Assembly: GCF_018350175.1 (NCBI RefSeq)
Contig: NC_058382.1
Coordinates: 53,756,001 to 53,820,000, forward strand
Direction: 5' to 3'
Source of the DNA: Felis catus
Lineage: Eukaryota
Length of the DNA: 64,000 bases
Shown here one piece after another: positions 12,751 to 24,196 of the stretch. The translations under genes and the position numbers were made by a program. The notes under the pieces were generated by a model that searched no databases, was not told the origin of the DNA, and saw only the letters and a list, made by a program, of their open reading frames with translations. Position 1 is the first letter of the stretch, and every line of letters starts with the position of its first letter.

Positions 12751-12884
12751 GAAAATTCATCAAGAAGCTTTAACTGAATGACTGTTATGTCTCTAAGACT
12801 TCGCTAAACACTCTGGGATAAACAAATAAAGCCTAACCCGCTTGCAACGGCTAACCACAATTAACATCATCACCAACAACACCA

Positions 12885-13070
12885 CCAACATTTATTAAGG
12901 GGTCGCTAAGTCCCAGGGACTGTTCCATGCACTTTATAGGAATTATCTCACTCACGTGAACAAGGAACTTGGGTGATAGTATTATTATTATTATCCCCAC
13001 TGGACCGGTAAGGAAACCAAGACATGTTGAGTTTAAGTAAGTATCCCAATGTCACAACGTTAGTAAGGAG
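12885..13070 (-). mobile_element. MIR
   Basis: 'caacatttattaag...attattatccccactggaccggtaaggaaaccaagac...cccaatgtcaca'. Confidence 0.8.
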
Positions 13071-13127
13071 CATAAATATGTATTATTTTTAAAAATGCCT
13101 CTTATCACGTATATGCTGTGCCATAGC

Positions 13128-13632
13128 TGTGACAGACACTGTCTGTTGCACACTACAGAGCCATTTTTCCCCTTCTACTACTAACAGAAGTAGATTTTTT
13201 TGAGCACCAATGTCCTCAACCTCAAGAGAAGGATAATGATTTATCTAAGCCAAGAATATAATCATATTACCCTTTATCAGAAGCTAGCTTCCTCTTGAAG
13301 CTCAGGGTAACTCTGTGTTCAAATTCTTGCCAGTGGGATGTAATGAGGTCTGCCGGGGAACTTGGGGGAGAGTTTTGATCTTTCTGATAAAAGCAAACTT
13401 TTCTTTTATCCTCTTTTCTACCTTTGAATGGACAGTGAGTTCCTGATGCCCAGGGCTGTGGCAGCCATCTTGTGACCGTGAGGCAAACACTTGTGACGGA
13501 AAAGCCAACAGCATTTGGATAACACAGCTGAGTCTTAAAAACAGCCTGAGTCTTTGATGGCATCATGGAGTCACCCAACCAGCCAACCCCCCAAGTTTTC
13601 TCACCTGCAGCTGAAAACAATCTAATGATGCA
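13128..13632 (+). mobile_element. Solo ERVL LTR (LTR33-like)
   Basis: TG...CA termini ('tgtgacagacactg' ... 'ctgcagctgaaaacaatctaatgatgca'); internal 'gctgtggcagccatcttgtgaccgtgagg'. Confidence 0.8.
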
Positions 13633-13958
13633 GTTTACCTTTATTTCCATGGCTCCATAGGAAATATAGACACCTACATTTCCAAGCTTTGCTTTATATG
13701 TGCTATAAACTTCCTTCAATCTCATGTAGGGCTATTCAGTTTGACCCTGATTTATAGCCTACGTTCACGTACTGGTTGGGTATTTCCAGACCTACACTAT
13801 TGCTTATCTGTATGGTTCTTCTACTATCTCAGCTAACTTAATGTCACCCAGGCTTCAAGGCTCATCTCAATACCACCTGTTCCCTGAAACTTTCTTTGAC
13901 TTCTCCAATCAAATGGAAAGCTATGCTTCCTCAACTCCTTTAAAAATATTTTTTTAAC

Positions 13959-14131
13959 AGAGTGCCTCGGTGGCTCAGTCAGTTAAGCATCGGATTCTTG
14001 GTTTTGGCTCGGATCGTCAATTGTTTGTGAGTTCGAGCCCCGGATCAGGCTCTGGGCTGACAGCGCAGAGCCCGTTTGGGATTCTCTCTCTCCCTCTCTC
14101 TCTGCCCCTCCCTTCTCGCTTTCTGTCTCAA
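13959..14131 (+). mobile_element. Can-SINE (Fc2-like) lacking its A tail and TSD
   Basis: 'gtggctcagtcagttaagcatcggattcttgg...gagttcgagccccgg...tttgggattctctctctccc'; ends abruptly after the CT tract. Confidence 0.9.
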
Positions 14132-14276
14132 TCTGACCAAGAACAGATCCCCCAGGTACCCACATCTGCTCCCAGCTACTCGCCCAGCCTCAGTCTCTCT
14201 CCCGCTCAGTCTGTCGTGACAGAGCCAGAGAGGTCTCTCTAAAGCCAAAAACTTTTATTTCTCTCTTGACATAAAC

Positions 14277-14537
14277 CAGGGTTTCTCAGCCTCAGAAGCA
14301 TGGGCACTTGGGGCCGGATAATTCTTTGTGGTAGGCGGCCATCCTATGCACTGTAGGATGTTCAGAAGTATCCTGGGACCCAACCCACCAGGTGCCAGTA
14401 ACACACTACCACCACCCCCTTCCCCAGTGTAGCAACCCAAGATGTCACCAGATACTGCCAAACATCACTGGGTGTGGGGGGTGCACGGGGCGGGGGGGGG
14501 GGGGGCAGGCAAGATCATCCCTGGTTGGGAACCACTG
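14277..14537 (-). mobile_element. MER20, full length, with an internal G-run expansion
   Basis: Terminal inverted repeats (TIRs) cagggtttctca ... ggttgggaaccactg; body matches MER20. Confidence 0.9.
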
Positions 14538-14719
14538 GTACAAATGAAAGCAATACTTCTACGCACATCTTTTTCCTACAGCTTGGTGACCATGCTGAAG
14601 GGGATGACCTTCTCCCTGTCCCCATCTGCCAACTTGAAGAATGAGAAAAGAAAAGAGTAATTGGCTGTTAATTCTTCTAGCTTCCCTTTCCCCACCAGAC
14701 TGTGAGGACTTGGAGGAAA

Positions 14720-15465
14720 AAAACTCAAATTTTCAGGAAAAAAAAGAAAGAGGGAAGGAGGAGTGGGGAGGAAGAGGAAAAACTAGATGAGAGAGAGCTG
14801 GAGACAAGGGCCAAGAAACACAGAGGAGAGAGGAGAGTAATTTTTAGAAAGAGTAAGGATGAGGGTGACAGAAAAAAAGAGAAAGTGAAAATGAAGCAAG
14901 CAAGGAAGGAATATGGAGAGGGAAGAGAGAGAGAAAGGGAGAGGAGGGAGCAAAGAGAAGGGAGAGAGGGAGGAAGGAAGGAAGGATGGAAGGAAGGAAG
15001 AAGGAACATGGAGAGGGAAGGGAGAGAGAAAGGGAGGAGAGGGAGGAAAGAAAGAAGGGAGAGAGGGAGGGAGGGAGGGAGGACAGACAGGAGGGAGGCA
15101 GATGGAGAGGGAAGGGAGAGAGGGAGAGGGAGGGAGGGGAGGAGAGGGAGGGAGGGAGGGGAGGGGAGGAGAGGGAGGGAGGGAGGGAGGGAGGGAGGAA
15201 GGAAGGAAGGAATATGGAGAGGGAAGGGAGAGAGAAAGGGAGGAGAGGGAGGAAAGAAAGAAGGGAGGGAGGGAGGGAGGGAGGGAGGGAGGAAGGAAGG
15301 ATGGAAGGAAGGAAGAAGGAATATGGAGAGGGAAGGGAGAGAGAAAGGGAGGAGAGGGAGGAAAGAAAGAAGGGAGGGAGGGAGGGAGGGAGGAAGGAAG
15401 GAAGGAAGGAAGGAAGGAAGGAAGGAAGGAAGACAGGAAGGAAGGGAGGAAAAGAAAAGAGAAGG
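14720..15465 (+). repeat. Polypurine (GA-rich) low-complexity tract containing a ~95-112 bp higher-order repeat
   Basis: Almost only G/A; anchor 'atggagagggaag' at 14913, 15008, 15102, 15214 and 15323. Confidence 0.95.
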
Positions 15466-15469
15466 AGCA

Positions 15470-15960
15470 CCCCGCTGGGGACCAGGATGAGGAGAGAAAG
15501 CATGGTGGGGGCAGCAGAACCCAGGCCCCCGCCTCCAGCTCTGCCTCTCCAGGGGTCTTCCGGCCCCGGCCCTCACCCTCCCTTCTGTCCGGCCTCTCCA
15601 AGGGCCCAAGCGGCCAAAGAGCACGGTCTCGGGGAGAGGTGTCCCTTCTTCTGGAGCCTTGGCAGGGAGCCTCCGCGAACACGCTCACAGACAACCCACA
15701 AACGGCAAGCTGGGGCCCGCCGAGAGGCTCAGCTTCCTCGTCTGCGCGGCTTTGGTGTCAGACGGGTCTTTCCTGGGACGTCACGTAGCGGGCGCTGGTT
15801 TATGTCCCCGGCACACACCCGCCCGCACCAAGTGCAGGTGCTGTCTTACTGACAGCCAGGCCCGAGCAGGAGCCTGCCCCGGGGCCGGTGTGCATACTAG
15901 TGTTTGGCGGAGGAGAGAGGAGGGCTAGAGAAGGCCGTGGGAACCCCTGGCTCCACCATA
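15470..15960. other. CpG-rich, GC-rich segment (orphan CpG-island-like)
   Basis: Visibly dense CG dinucleotides compared with the flanks; no exon recognised. Confidence 0.55.
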
Positions 15961-15979
15961 AAAATGTTTCCAGAGCTGG

Positions 15980-16165
15980 GAGAGTATAGCAGGGGAGGCC
16001 CCAGGAGCGCCTGCCTGCACTGAATCCTCGCCCTGGCCTCTGTGAGCTGGCACCGTCTCACACGAGCTATTTAACCGCCTGGGCCTCAGTTTCCCCCTCT
16101 GACAAATGGGGAACCCTATAGTACTGACTTCCTCGGGGTTCTTTTCAGGGTTAAATGAAGCTGGT
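15980..16165 (+). mobile_element. MIR
   Basis: 'atttaaccgcctgggcctcagtttccccctctgacaaatgggg'. Confidence 0.8.
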
Positions 16166-16329
16166 CATTCGCTTAACACATATTTACAGAGTATTTCCCA
16201 CGCCCTGAGGATGCTCCTCTCAGAGCTCGATCGGAGGAAGATTCTAATAAAAGTAAGGATAAAAACTGCACAGGAACTGTTGAGCGCAGTGGCTGGCACG
16301 GCATAAGCCGAGAAAGGTTCGCTGTGATC

Positions 16330-16560
16330 AGCGGGGTGCGGACCTACCGCAGAGCGGGTACTGTCGCAGAACCCTCCACCGTGCTCCGAGTCTCGGTGGC
16401 CCATCGTCCACCAGCTAACGCTCTTGCTCTTTTGCAGATGAGGAAACTGAACCCGGAAGGCAGAATGGGGCGTGTCTCCCACGACCTAATTCGCAAACAA
16501 GGGAGCCGAATCTGCACACGGATCCATCGGACTAACGCCCACGCTTTCAACACCGCGTCG
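16330..16560 (-). mobile_element. MIR (unusually CpG-rich)
   Basis: 'ttttgcagatgaggaaactga' core. Confidence 0.75.
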
Positions 16561-16913
16561 CTGTGTCTACACGACGGTCCGTCAGGGGGGATTCTGGCTT
16601 CGGGGGAGGCACAGGGAGAGCTGACGAGCAGAGGCGTGGCGCACGTGTTCAAACGTCCGCTAGAATCGGCGGCTTGGATTTTAGCTCTCCTTTTCCCTCA
16701 CTGCTCCCAAGGCAGCCCTTTGCAGAGTTGAAGAAGAAAAACCTTTCTTTCCCTCTTGTGATCTGGAAATAGCATGGGCCAACATCGACCAGAGAGAGAG
16801 AAAGGGAGGAAGGTAAATCTAGACCCGAACTGCCTGAATTTCTCTGCAAGGCACTCAATGTTCCTTTCACAGGCAAGGAAAGAAACTCGACCTGATGAAT
16901 AGTGCGAGACACT

Positions 16914-16948
16914 GGGTGGGGGGGGGGGGGGGGGGGGAGGGGGGGGGG
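16914..16948 (+). repeat. Poly-G tract (G20-A-G10), G-quadruplex candidate
   Basis: gggt followed by G 16918-16937, A, then G 16939-16948. Confidence 0.9.
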
Positions 16949-17241
16949 TCAATGTACAGGGCTGTATGGCAGGCCCCACAGTAGAGGCTAACCGGAGCCA
17001 CCCCTGGATCCTGGATCGAGCCCCTGCGAGGCAGTTGGTCGGAGCTGTTAGGTGGGGGAGAGGGGAGGCAGGAGGAGAGGGGAGGCAGGAGGTATCTGGA
17101 GAGCAGAGCAGTTGGCTTCTCTGGCGATGGCTGAAATCCCAAATCGGCTAACGTCAGATCTTGGCATAAACAGTTGTGTGTAAAATTGTTATCACTAAAT
17201 TAGCATTTATTAAAAGCCTATAATTGTTATTCTTACTCTTG

Positions 17242-17243
<2 letters not shown>

Positions 17244-17283
<40 letters not shown>
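17244..17283 (+). repeat. (GT)20 microsatellite
   Basis: Direct reading. Confidence 0.98.
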
Positions 17284-17284
<1 letters not shown>

Positions 17285-18139
17285 TCCTGTAAGCCCTGTT
17301 TATAAGCACCCTCCTAATTTATTTTTGATCAGACTGAACAGGGGCCAAACCTCTTTAGCTAATATTGACATTGGCTGGGTGTCAGATGTCCAGGATTTGG
17401 AGAAACTGGAAAAGCTTGCTCTTGTTCTGTTTTTTTTTTTTTTTAATTTAACCTAACTATTTTTGAATCGCCCCACAATTAAAACCTGACTTTTAAACTC
17501 CACACTCCCTTTCTCCTTTCTCTCAACTCTGAGTATGGTGCCCCGTTTTAACTTGTTTATTTCCTCAAATGAGTTCCGTGACACCAAATTTGCTCCTAGT
17601 CCTTATTCCTCATGGATTTGAGAGTTTCAAAAAAAAAAAATGGACAAAACACAAAATAATAAAATAAAATAAAAAAAAGGAATTGGGTAAGGTGAGAAAA
17701 TAAGGCTAGGGAAATACTGAGCTTGGGTCAAATTAACCTAGAAATGGCATACTCCATGAACCTGTGCAATTTCCAGAAGGGACGTCCAAATGTGACTGAG
17801 TTACCCAGCTCCCTGGGCAAGAGATACATCTTCAGCGACAAAGTTTGTGCTGCCCCTGAGAGACACCAAACTAGGAAGGGCACAGCATTTCCTTGTACGG
17901 AGACCAGAGAGAAATTGCTGCCACCACAGACTCAAAACCATCTTCAACGATATTATTCCGGTCAGTACAAAGTTTCCCATGGGATAATCTCGCAGCCTCC
18001 AAATCAGGACTCAGGCAAGATGCCAGGACCGTTCGGTAAGAGCGGGCCAGCTTCTGACAGTCTGGGCAGGGACTGGGCTTCTTGGGCCCGGTGGTGGCCT
18101 TCCATTTCCTTCGGCCTGGGTTGGGTACCTGCTGGTGCC

Positions 18140-18337
18140 CACAGTATCACTCACTACCCCTTACAAAACCACCTGGGACACCTATTTCCTGGCTGCACAT
18201 TTTCTTCCCCGTTTATCACTAGACTGTAAGGCCCAGGAGGGCGGGCACGTGGCCCTCGTGTCATGTGCTATCCCCAGCGTTTCCCAAGGCCCCCAGTGAT
18301 AGCACAGCAATTAATAAATAGCATGTTGAATGAATAC
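18140..18337 (+). mobile_element. L2 3' end
   Basis: 'cactagactgtaaggcccaggagggcgggcac...taataaatagcatgttgaatgaat'. Confidence 0.8.
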
Positions 18338-20102
18338 ACGAAGAGACGACAAACAGAACGAACAAATCCAAGAGAACTATTTTGGAGGAGCACCAACATA
18401 TCTACATGACGACTAACTTTCGTTCAGCAGATATTTGTATAGTGAGGATTATGCATCAGACACGGGGCTGGGCCCTGTCACGGCTTCTGATTTGTCTCTC
18501 CCATCTCACCCCAGAAATGTCTGATCCAACTCAGCTCTCCCAGTCGGCATCTCATCCAATCTGCAATCCGTATCTCCTTTTGTCTGTGTTTTCCCATGAG
18601 CGGGAAACACGGGTGAGTTTTCACCGTCGTGGCTCCACCCGAGTTTACCGAGAGGTACTTGGCCATGTTGGAGGAAATCTCTCTCTTAAACACATTTGAT
18701 GTGAAAACATTGAATTTAATCCTTTACATAGCAGATCTCTGGCCAACAGTTGTTGGAAATAACGATCAGCTGGCAACCAAGCTTCCCTCAAAGCCTTCGA
18801 GGCTTCCAGGAGGACTCATCACCAAGCATAACTTGGAAGAAGGATCTCAGCCTGCATTTCTATCCTCGCGTCCAAGCCGCCGGCATTTTTAATGAGAAAG
18901 GAAGCCAGTGTCAGACTAGGAAGAGAAGAATGGGACATTCTGAAGCTGGGAAGAGACGTATATAAATCAGCAGCCTGACCACATTATCTAAACTGCTGCT
19001 TTGTAGCCATATGAGGCACTCAATTAAAAACAAAACAAAACAAACAAACAAAAGAAAAGTTGGATGTAAAAAATGTATAAAGATAAGGCACTGGTAAGGG
19101 GTGAAACTCTGGAGAGGCTTCGCTTTCCCCCTCCTATTAGACACTTTCCTTGATTCTAAGACTGGAAATGCTGCAGTCAGCACCAACTTAATTCCACATT
19201 GCAATTAGGGTCATGCATTAAACCAGGCCTCTGAACACGACTACCCAAAGGAATCAGAGACTAAATGAAAGCCAGACGTGTGGCCGGAGCTGTTGGCACG
19301 AGCCGGGATCCCGATATATAGTAATAGTATAGATTGAAAATGAAAATGAAAAGCAGTCATTACAGTTAAATTGATGTCATATTCGCCAGCTGTTTATTCA
19401 AAAAAAAAAAAAAAAAGGAAAAGAAAGGGAGCCATGTGGGCATTCGGAAGGCTGCTGCTCAACCATGCGCATAGTTTAAAGAAGGCGTGTGAGCTATTCG
19501 TTTAAGCAGAGAGAGGGCTTCCTAATACACCTTTTATTTCTAGCCGAAGTTCGTGCTTTTTGAATTCGAGATTGGGGCTTCTTAATCTGGAGGTTGCCTC
19601 CCAATCACCCCGGTCTTGTTCGACATCTACACGCAGGACGCCCAGACCCAGCCTACAGATTCTGACAAACAGGCTGGCGCGGGACTCGGGAATCCGGATT
19701 GTTACAGTTCTCTGCTGATGTTTATGTAACTGCTCTGGCTTGCAGTCAGGTGAGGTCCCACTTTGCTCTCCTGGTAGCTGGCCCAGCCCCTGAACTTGGG
19801 ATTCCCTCCTACTAGAACCTCCTGCCTTTGCTCTTCACATCTATACCCACTGAAATATGAATGCCTACAAGGCCAGGACCTTGCCAAGTGCATCCACAAT
19901 CAGGTCAGTGCTTTGCACGCTGTTGGCTCTCAAGAGATGATTTTAGGAAGGAATGAACCGGGTCATGTAACGCAGCCTGTTTTAGGCAGCAACAGGAGAA
20001 AAACCCTCTGGGCAGCCAGTGCTCAGATTTGGGGTACTTGGGCAATTGCCAGGCAAAAAGAAAACAGACTTCTAAGCCACATGATCCCACTGTTCACAAA
20101 TG

Positions 20103-20283
20103 TAGTCTTCTAACCTGGATGCATCTCCTCAACATACCCGGGGAGAGGTGAAAATGTGCCAACCTCAGAGCCCCATTCCCAGAAACTGATTAACTTAACT
20201 GACCTAGGGTGGATGTCAGGCATCAGCAATGCTTAAAAGCCCCAGGGAAGTTCTGATGTGCAGCCAAGTTTAAGAATCAGTCC
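20103..20283 (-). mobile_element. MER5B-like hAT MITE
   Basis: 'aaaagccccagggaagttctgatgtgcagccaagtttaagaatca'. Confidence 0.75.
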
Positions 20284-20779
20284 TCTGCTCCTTGTATACA
20301 ACTCTATGGTTGAGGCAGTTTGGGGGGCTTGGGGAGGGGGAGAAAGCAGAAAACATGTCGGAGCCCGCTACTCGACCGTCAGACCAACAGAGCAGGCACT
20401 CCCTGGGATCTTATGCCGGGCCTCTGAACGCAAATGCATTGTGATGAGGTCCTAGGTGACGGGTGTGTGCCCTGAGGTCCTAGGAGAGCCGACCTCAGAG
20501 GTGAGCAAGCTCATCCTCTGGGACCCAGTCACAGGCTATCTTGAGTTGCGCGGGCCACAGTTAGAAACACAACGGCATGCCTGTGTAGAGACACCGATCT
20601 CTTCTATTTAGCTAAAGCCAAGTTCATCCCTGGGGCTCTTGGCCTCCAAGCTGCGTGGGCCCCCTTTTCCGGCAGAGGCCCTTGGAGGCTTTTTCCCATC
20701 AGTCACTGCGCTGGGCCTCCTCTCACACCGAAGCGTGCATCCCTGCCAAAAGTACAGGGAGTTTCCACTTTGGGCGACG

Positions 20780-20950
20780 AGGCTTTGAGCCTTGGCCTTG
20801 CCAGCGTACCGGCCATGAAAACTTGAGCAAGTCACTAAAGCTCTCCCTGATCCTCAGGATCCTCGTCCATAAAAAAGGAACAATGGTCCCTGCACGGCCC
20901 ATCCTGCAGGGCTGCTTCAAGGATCAAATCAGGTAATTTACATAAACCAA
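20780..20950 (+). mobile_element. MIR
   Basis: 'cttgagcaagtcactaaagctctccctgatcctcaggatcctcgtccataaaaaagg'. Confidence 0.75.
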
Positions 20951-21398
20951 GGGAGGTGTAATTATCATCACTGCGTTCGTATGACTCACAGCGTTCCAAG
21001 TCCGCAAAAGCTTTGTCTGGGGAGGTTGGAGGGGTGCAGCTGTACTTGCAATTTGGGACTGCACCGGGACACGGTCCTTTGAGGATTCAGAGCCAGGAGG
21101 AAGCTTTCCTTTTCAAAGGAACGTCCGTGAATCCTCTACCTTTTAAAAAGACCCACCTATCCAACTATGTGTTCTTTTTTTGCCTTAGCTACCAGGGATC
21201 TTGGAGTTAAATTAGATGGTTCCTTGCCATCACTAGCTCTTTTCTGTTCTTCCCTAGCAAACCACCTAAAATATTTTTTTTCTAAAGTAGGCTAACTATA
21301 AATCAACGATAATAATAATATTGGTACCAGGAACCGTGAGTTGTAACTCAAAACACATATTTACATAACGTTTTGGTCATGCATGCATCTGTTCAGGC

Positions 21399-21712
21399 CA
21401 GCGTTGTCCAGTGAAATTATAATGGGAGCCTCTGTGTAATTTTAAATGTTTTCGTAGTCGCAATAAAAAAAAGAAGGTAAAAAGGAACAGGTGGGATTTA
21501 TTTGAATATATGTAGGCCAATATAGGCAAAATGTTATCACTTCAAAATGTAATTAATATAAAACACCACTGAGGTGCTTTACATTATTTTCATACTTAGT
21601 CTCCAAACACTGGTCTGTGTTTTGTATTTTAGTCCTTCCCAGTTGGGACTGGACATGTTTCAGGTGCTGTCCAGCCACACATGACCAGTGACCGCCATAT
21701 TGGACAGCGAAG
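21399..21712 (-). mobile_element. MER33 (hAT-Charlie MITE), full length
   Basis: TIRs cagcgttgtcca ... ttggacagcgaag; AT-rich body matches MER33. Confidence 0.9.
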
Positions 21713-21819
21713 GCTTTGGACAATCATCTTCAGGGGAGAGAGCTGTAATCACGTCTATTCTGTATCGCAGGTGTGTTTTGTGCTTCATCAACAATGGCAA
21801 TTGCTTTAAGGACCCTTTG

Positions 21820-21945
21820 AGTTAGAGACTACGGCCCTTCACCCTTCGATTACAGATGAAAGAGCCGTTATTCGGAGAAGCGAGACAATTTGTCCAAAGC
21901 TGAAAAGCAGAGCGAGACTCCAAACCCAGTTCCCCACACCAGGAC
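21820..21945 (-). mobile_element. MIR fragment
   Basis: 'ttacagatgaaagagcc...atttgtccaaagc...gagactccaaacccag'. Confidence 0.6.
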
Positions 21946-23421
21946 CTGTGGTCGCCATTTTCCAGCGTTTTCTCATGTGCTGATCTGAGAGCCCAACTGA
22001 GATCAGGGGACTTCAAGGCGCAGCCCCGGCGGAGTCTAGCTCTCCACCTGGACGCAAGGCTACCTGCGGCCACACAATTCAGGGACCCTCTGGGAAGACG
22101 CGAGTGAGGCCTCCATCCACCCTAACAGGAGGCATCCTTCCACCAAACCACTGACTTCAACCTGTGCGGCTCAGATGAGAAGTTTGGAAGAAGCAATTAT
22201 GATTTTATTGCACCCACTGTGCTGACGATTAATGCTGAGTGCGGGTGGAAAATGCACCCTCTCATTTGCTAACACGCACTATAATTATGCATGCCTCTCC
22301 AGGTACTATAATTTAGGACTTAAAAAAGCCCCATTTCGAACAAGTAGTGCTGCACTTGTAAAACATTACAGATGTGTTATCATATAAATGAGATAGCTGT
22401 GACATGATAGTGCGATAATAAATCCCCAACTTAGATTTGGAGACAAGATATGTCAAAAGCAAATCCACACTGCCACTTAATCTTCTACATAAACTGTTTA
22501 TTTTTTCTGAGTCCTACAATAATACATGTCAGACGGCTTTGATAGTTTCCAGATTAATGTGTTTTTCCCCTTCAGGTCATCACAAGACTACTCATTTCAT
22601 TAAATTAACTCTGCTAGTCGCAGGGTGGAAACGTGCTTCACAACATAACTGTTCACACCAAATTGGGAGCCGGCAAGATGGAATTAATAAATAAAACTGA
22701 TTTCCCCCCATTTCCGGGGACGGCTGGAAATGTCATCTTGAGTCGCATCTTGATTTCCCCAGCACCCATTGGGAGCGATGAGCCCCACAATTATGCCTGC
22801 GCCGCCTGTGAGATGCGCTCACCCAAAGCCATCTGTTTGATGTCTGATGGATTCTACCTCTTCCCGTGATGTCTCTGGGGTGGAGCTGGGCCTCGCCAGC
22901 CCACACCCTAATGAAAAAGATCGGCACCCGCGAAAGCAAAAGCCCTCTCCATTAAAGCTTCCCTCCGGTCTCCTCCCCAAGGTGAAAGCCACTGCCAACA
23001 GAGCAAGTTCCTCCACACCTGCGTGAGCTCGGGAGCTTCAGGCAAGACATGCGCCTGACGTCACACCCCACCCAAAGCCCAGTTTTCAATTTGGAAAAGC
23101 CTGACAACTACCTCCTCGCCCCCAATAATCTAAAAAGTAGCCACACCGAGGCTGTGTCGGGCCAGGGAATCGGTCTGACAGCACAACAATGTGTTACTGG
23201 AGGCCTCCAGTTTCCAGACTCTACAGACCAGGGGTTGGCAACCTTTCTTCTGGAAAAGGCAAGATAGGAAACATTTTAGATTCGCATGCCATACATGTCT
23301 CCCATCTCAACCAGTCAACCCTGCCGTTGTGGTACAAGAACAGCCCCAGACAATATGTAAACGCAAGGGCATGGCTGTGTTCCAGTAAGACTTACAGATG
23401 GACACTGGAATTGGAATTGAA

Positions 23422-23644
23422 TTTTTTTTAATTTTTTTAATGTTTATTTATTTTTAAGAGACAGAGAGAGACAGAGCACGAGCAGGGGAGAGACAGAGAA
23501 AGAAGGAGACCCAGAATCCTAGGTAGGCTCCAGCCTCCGAGCTGTCAGCACAGAGCCCGACGCGGGGCTTGAACTCACAAAATGCCAAGATCGTGACCTG
23601 AGCCGAAGTCGTAAGCTTAACCGACTGAGCCACCCAGGTGCCCC
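23422..23644 (-). mobile_element. SINEC_Fc-type Can-SINE
   Basis: Full antisense SINE; TSD gaattgaattttt (23414-23426 / 23646-23658). Confidence 0.95.
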
Positions 23645-23773
23645 TGAATTGAATTTTTCATTTGTTACATTTGCTACATTTTTCAATATGTTACTAAATG
23701 TTGTTGTCAGGCATCGTTCAACTTTCTTCTTTTGAATTTTCTCCTATCATTTAAAATGCAAAAACCATTCTAC

Positions 23774-23972
23774 GGGTGCCTGGATGGCTCAGGGGGTTGA
23801 GCATCCGACTTCAGCTCAAGGCACGATCTCTCGAGGTTCTGAGTTCAACCCCTCATCCAGCTCGCTGCTGTTGGCTCGGAGCCTGATTTGGATACTCTGT
23901 CCCCCTCTCTCTCTGCCCTGCCCTCACTCATGCTCTCTCTCTCAAAAATAAATAAACATTAAAAATAAATAA
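23774..23972 (+). mobile_element. Can-SINE (felid variant, 'ctcgctgctgt' body)
   Basis: tRNA-like head, CT tract and AATAAA tail; outer TSD taaaatg(c/t)aaaaaccattct 23752-23771 / 24206-24225. Confidence 0.93.
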
Positions 23973-24196
23973 GGGGGTGCCTGGGTGGCTCGGTTGATTG
24001 GGCGTCCAACTTCGGCTCGGGTCATGATCTCACAGTTCGTGAGTTTGAGCCCCACGTTGGGCTCTGTGCTGACAGCTCGGAGCCTGGAGCCTCCTTCGGA
24101 TTCTGTGTCTCCCTCTCTCTCTGCCCCTCCCCTGCTCACACTCTGTCTCTCTCTCTCTCTCTCTCTCTCAAAACTAAGCATTAAAAAAATTTTTTT
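23973..24196 (+). mobile_element. SINEC_Fc inserted into the tail of the preceding SINE
   Basis: 'gagcctggagcctccttcggattctgtgtctccc'; TSD aataaataa 23964-23972 / 24197-24205. Confidence 0.95.

Noticed and set aside
14900..15420. Repeat-spacer periodicity superficially like a CRISPR array
   Set aside because: The 'spacers' are themselves GA microsatellites, the context is mammalian and there are no cas genes
14702..15852. Six long overlapping ORFs (219-303 aa) on both strands
   Set aside because: They arise because the GA-only tract lacks stop codons; the translations are low-complexity E/G/R/K or P/S/L/F
17723..18229. 168-aa ORF
   Set aside because: Non-ATG start, ends inside an L2 and has no recognisable motif
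18585..18892. Protein-like 87-aa ORF and small adjacent hairpins
   Set aside because: GTG start, no homology I recognise and no clear splice context; stems are short and bulged
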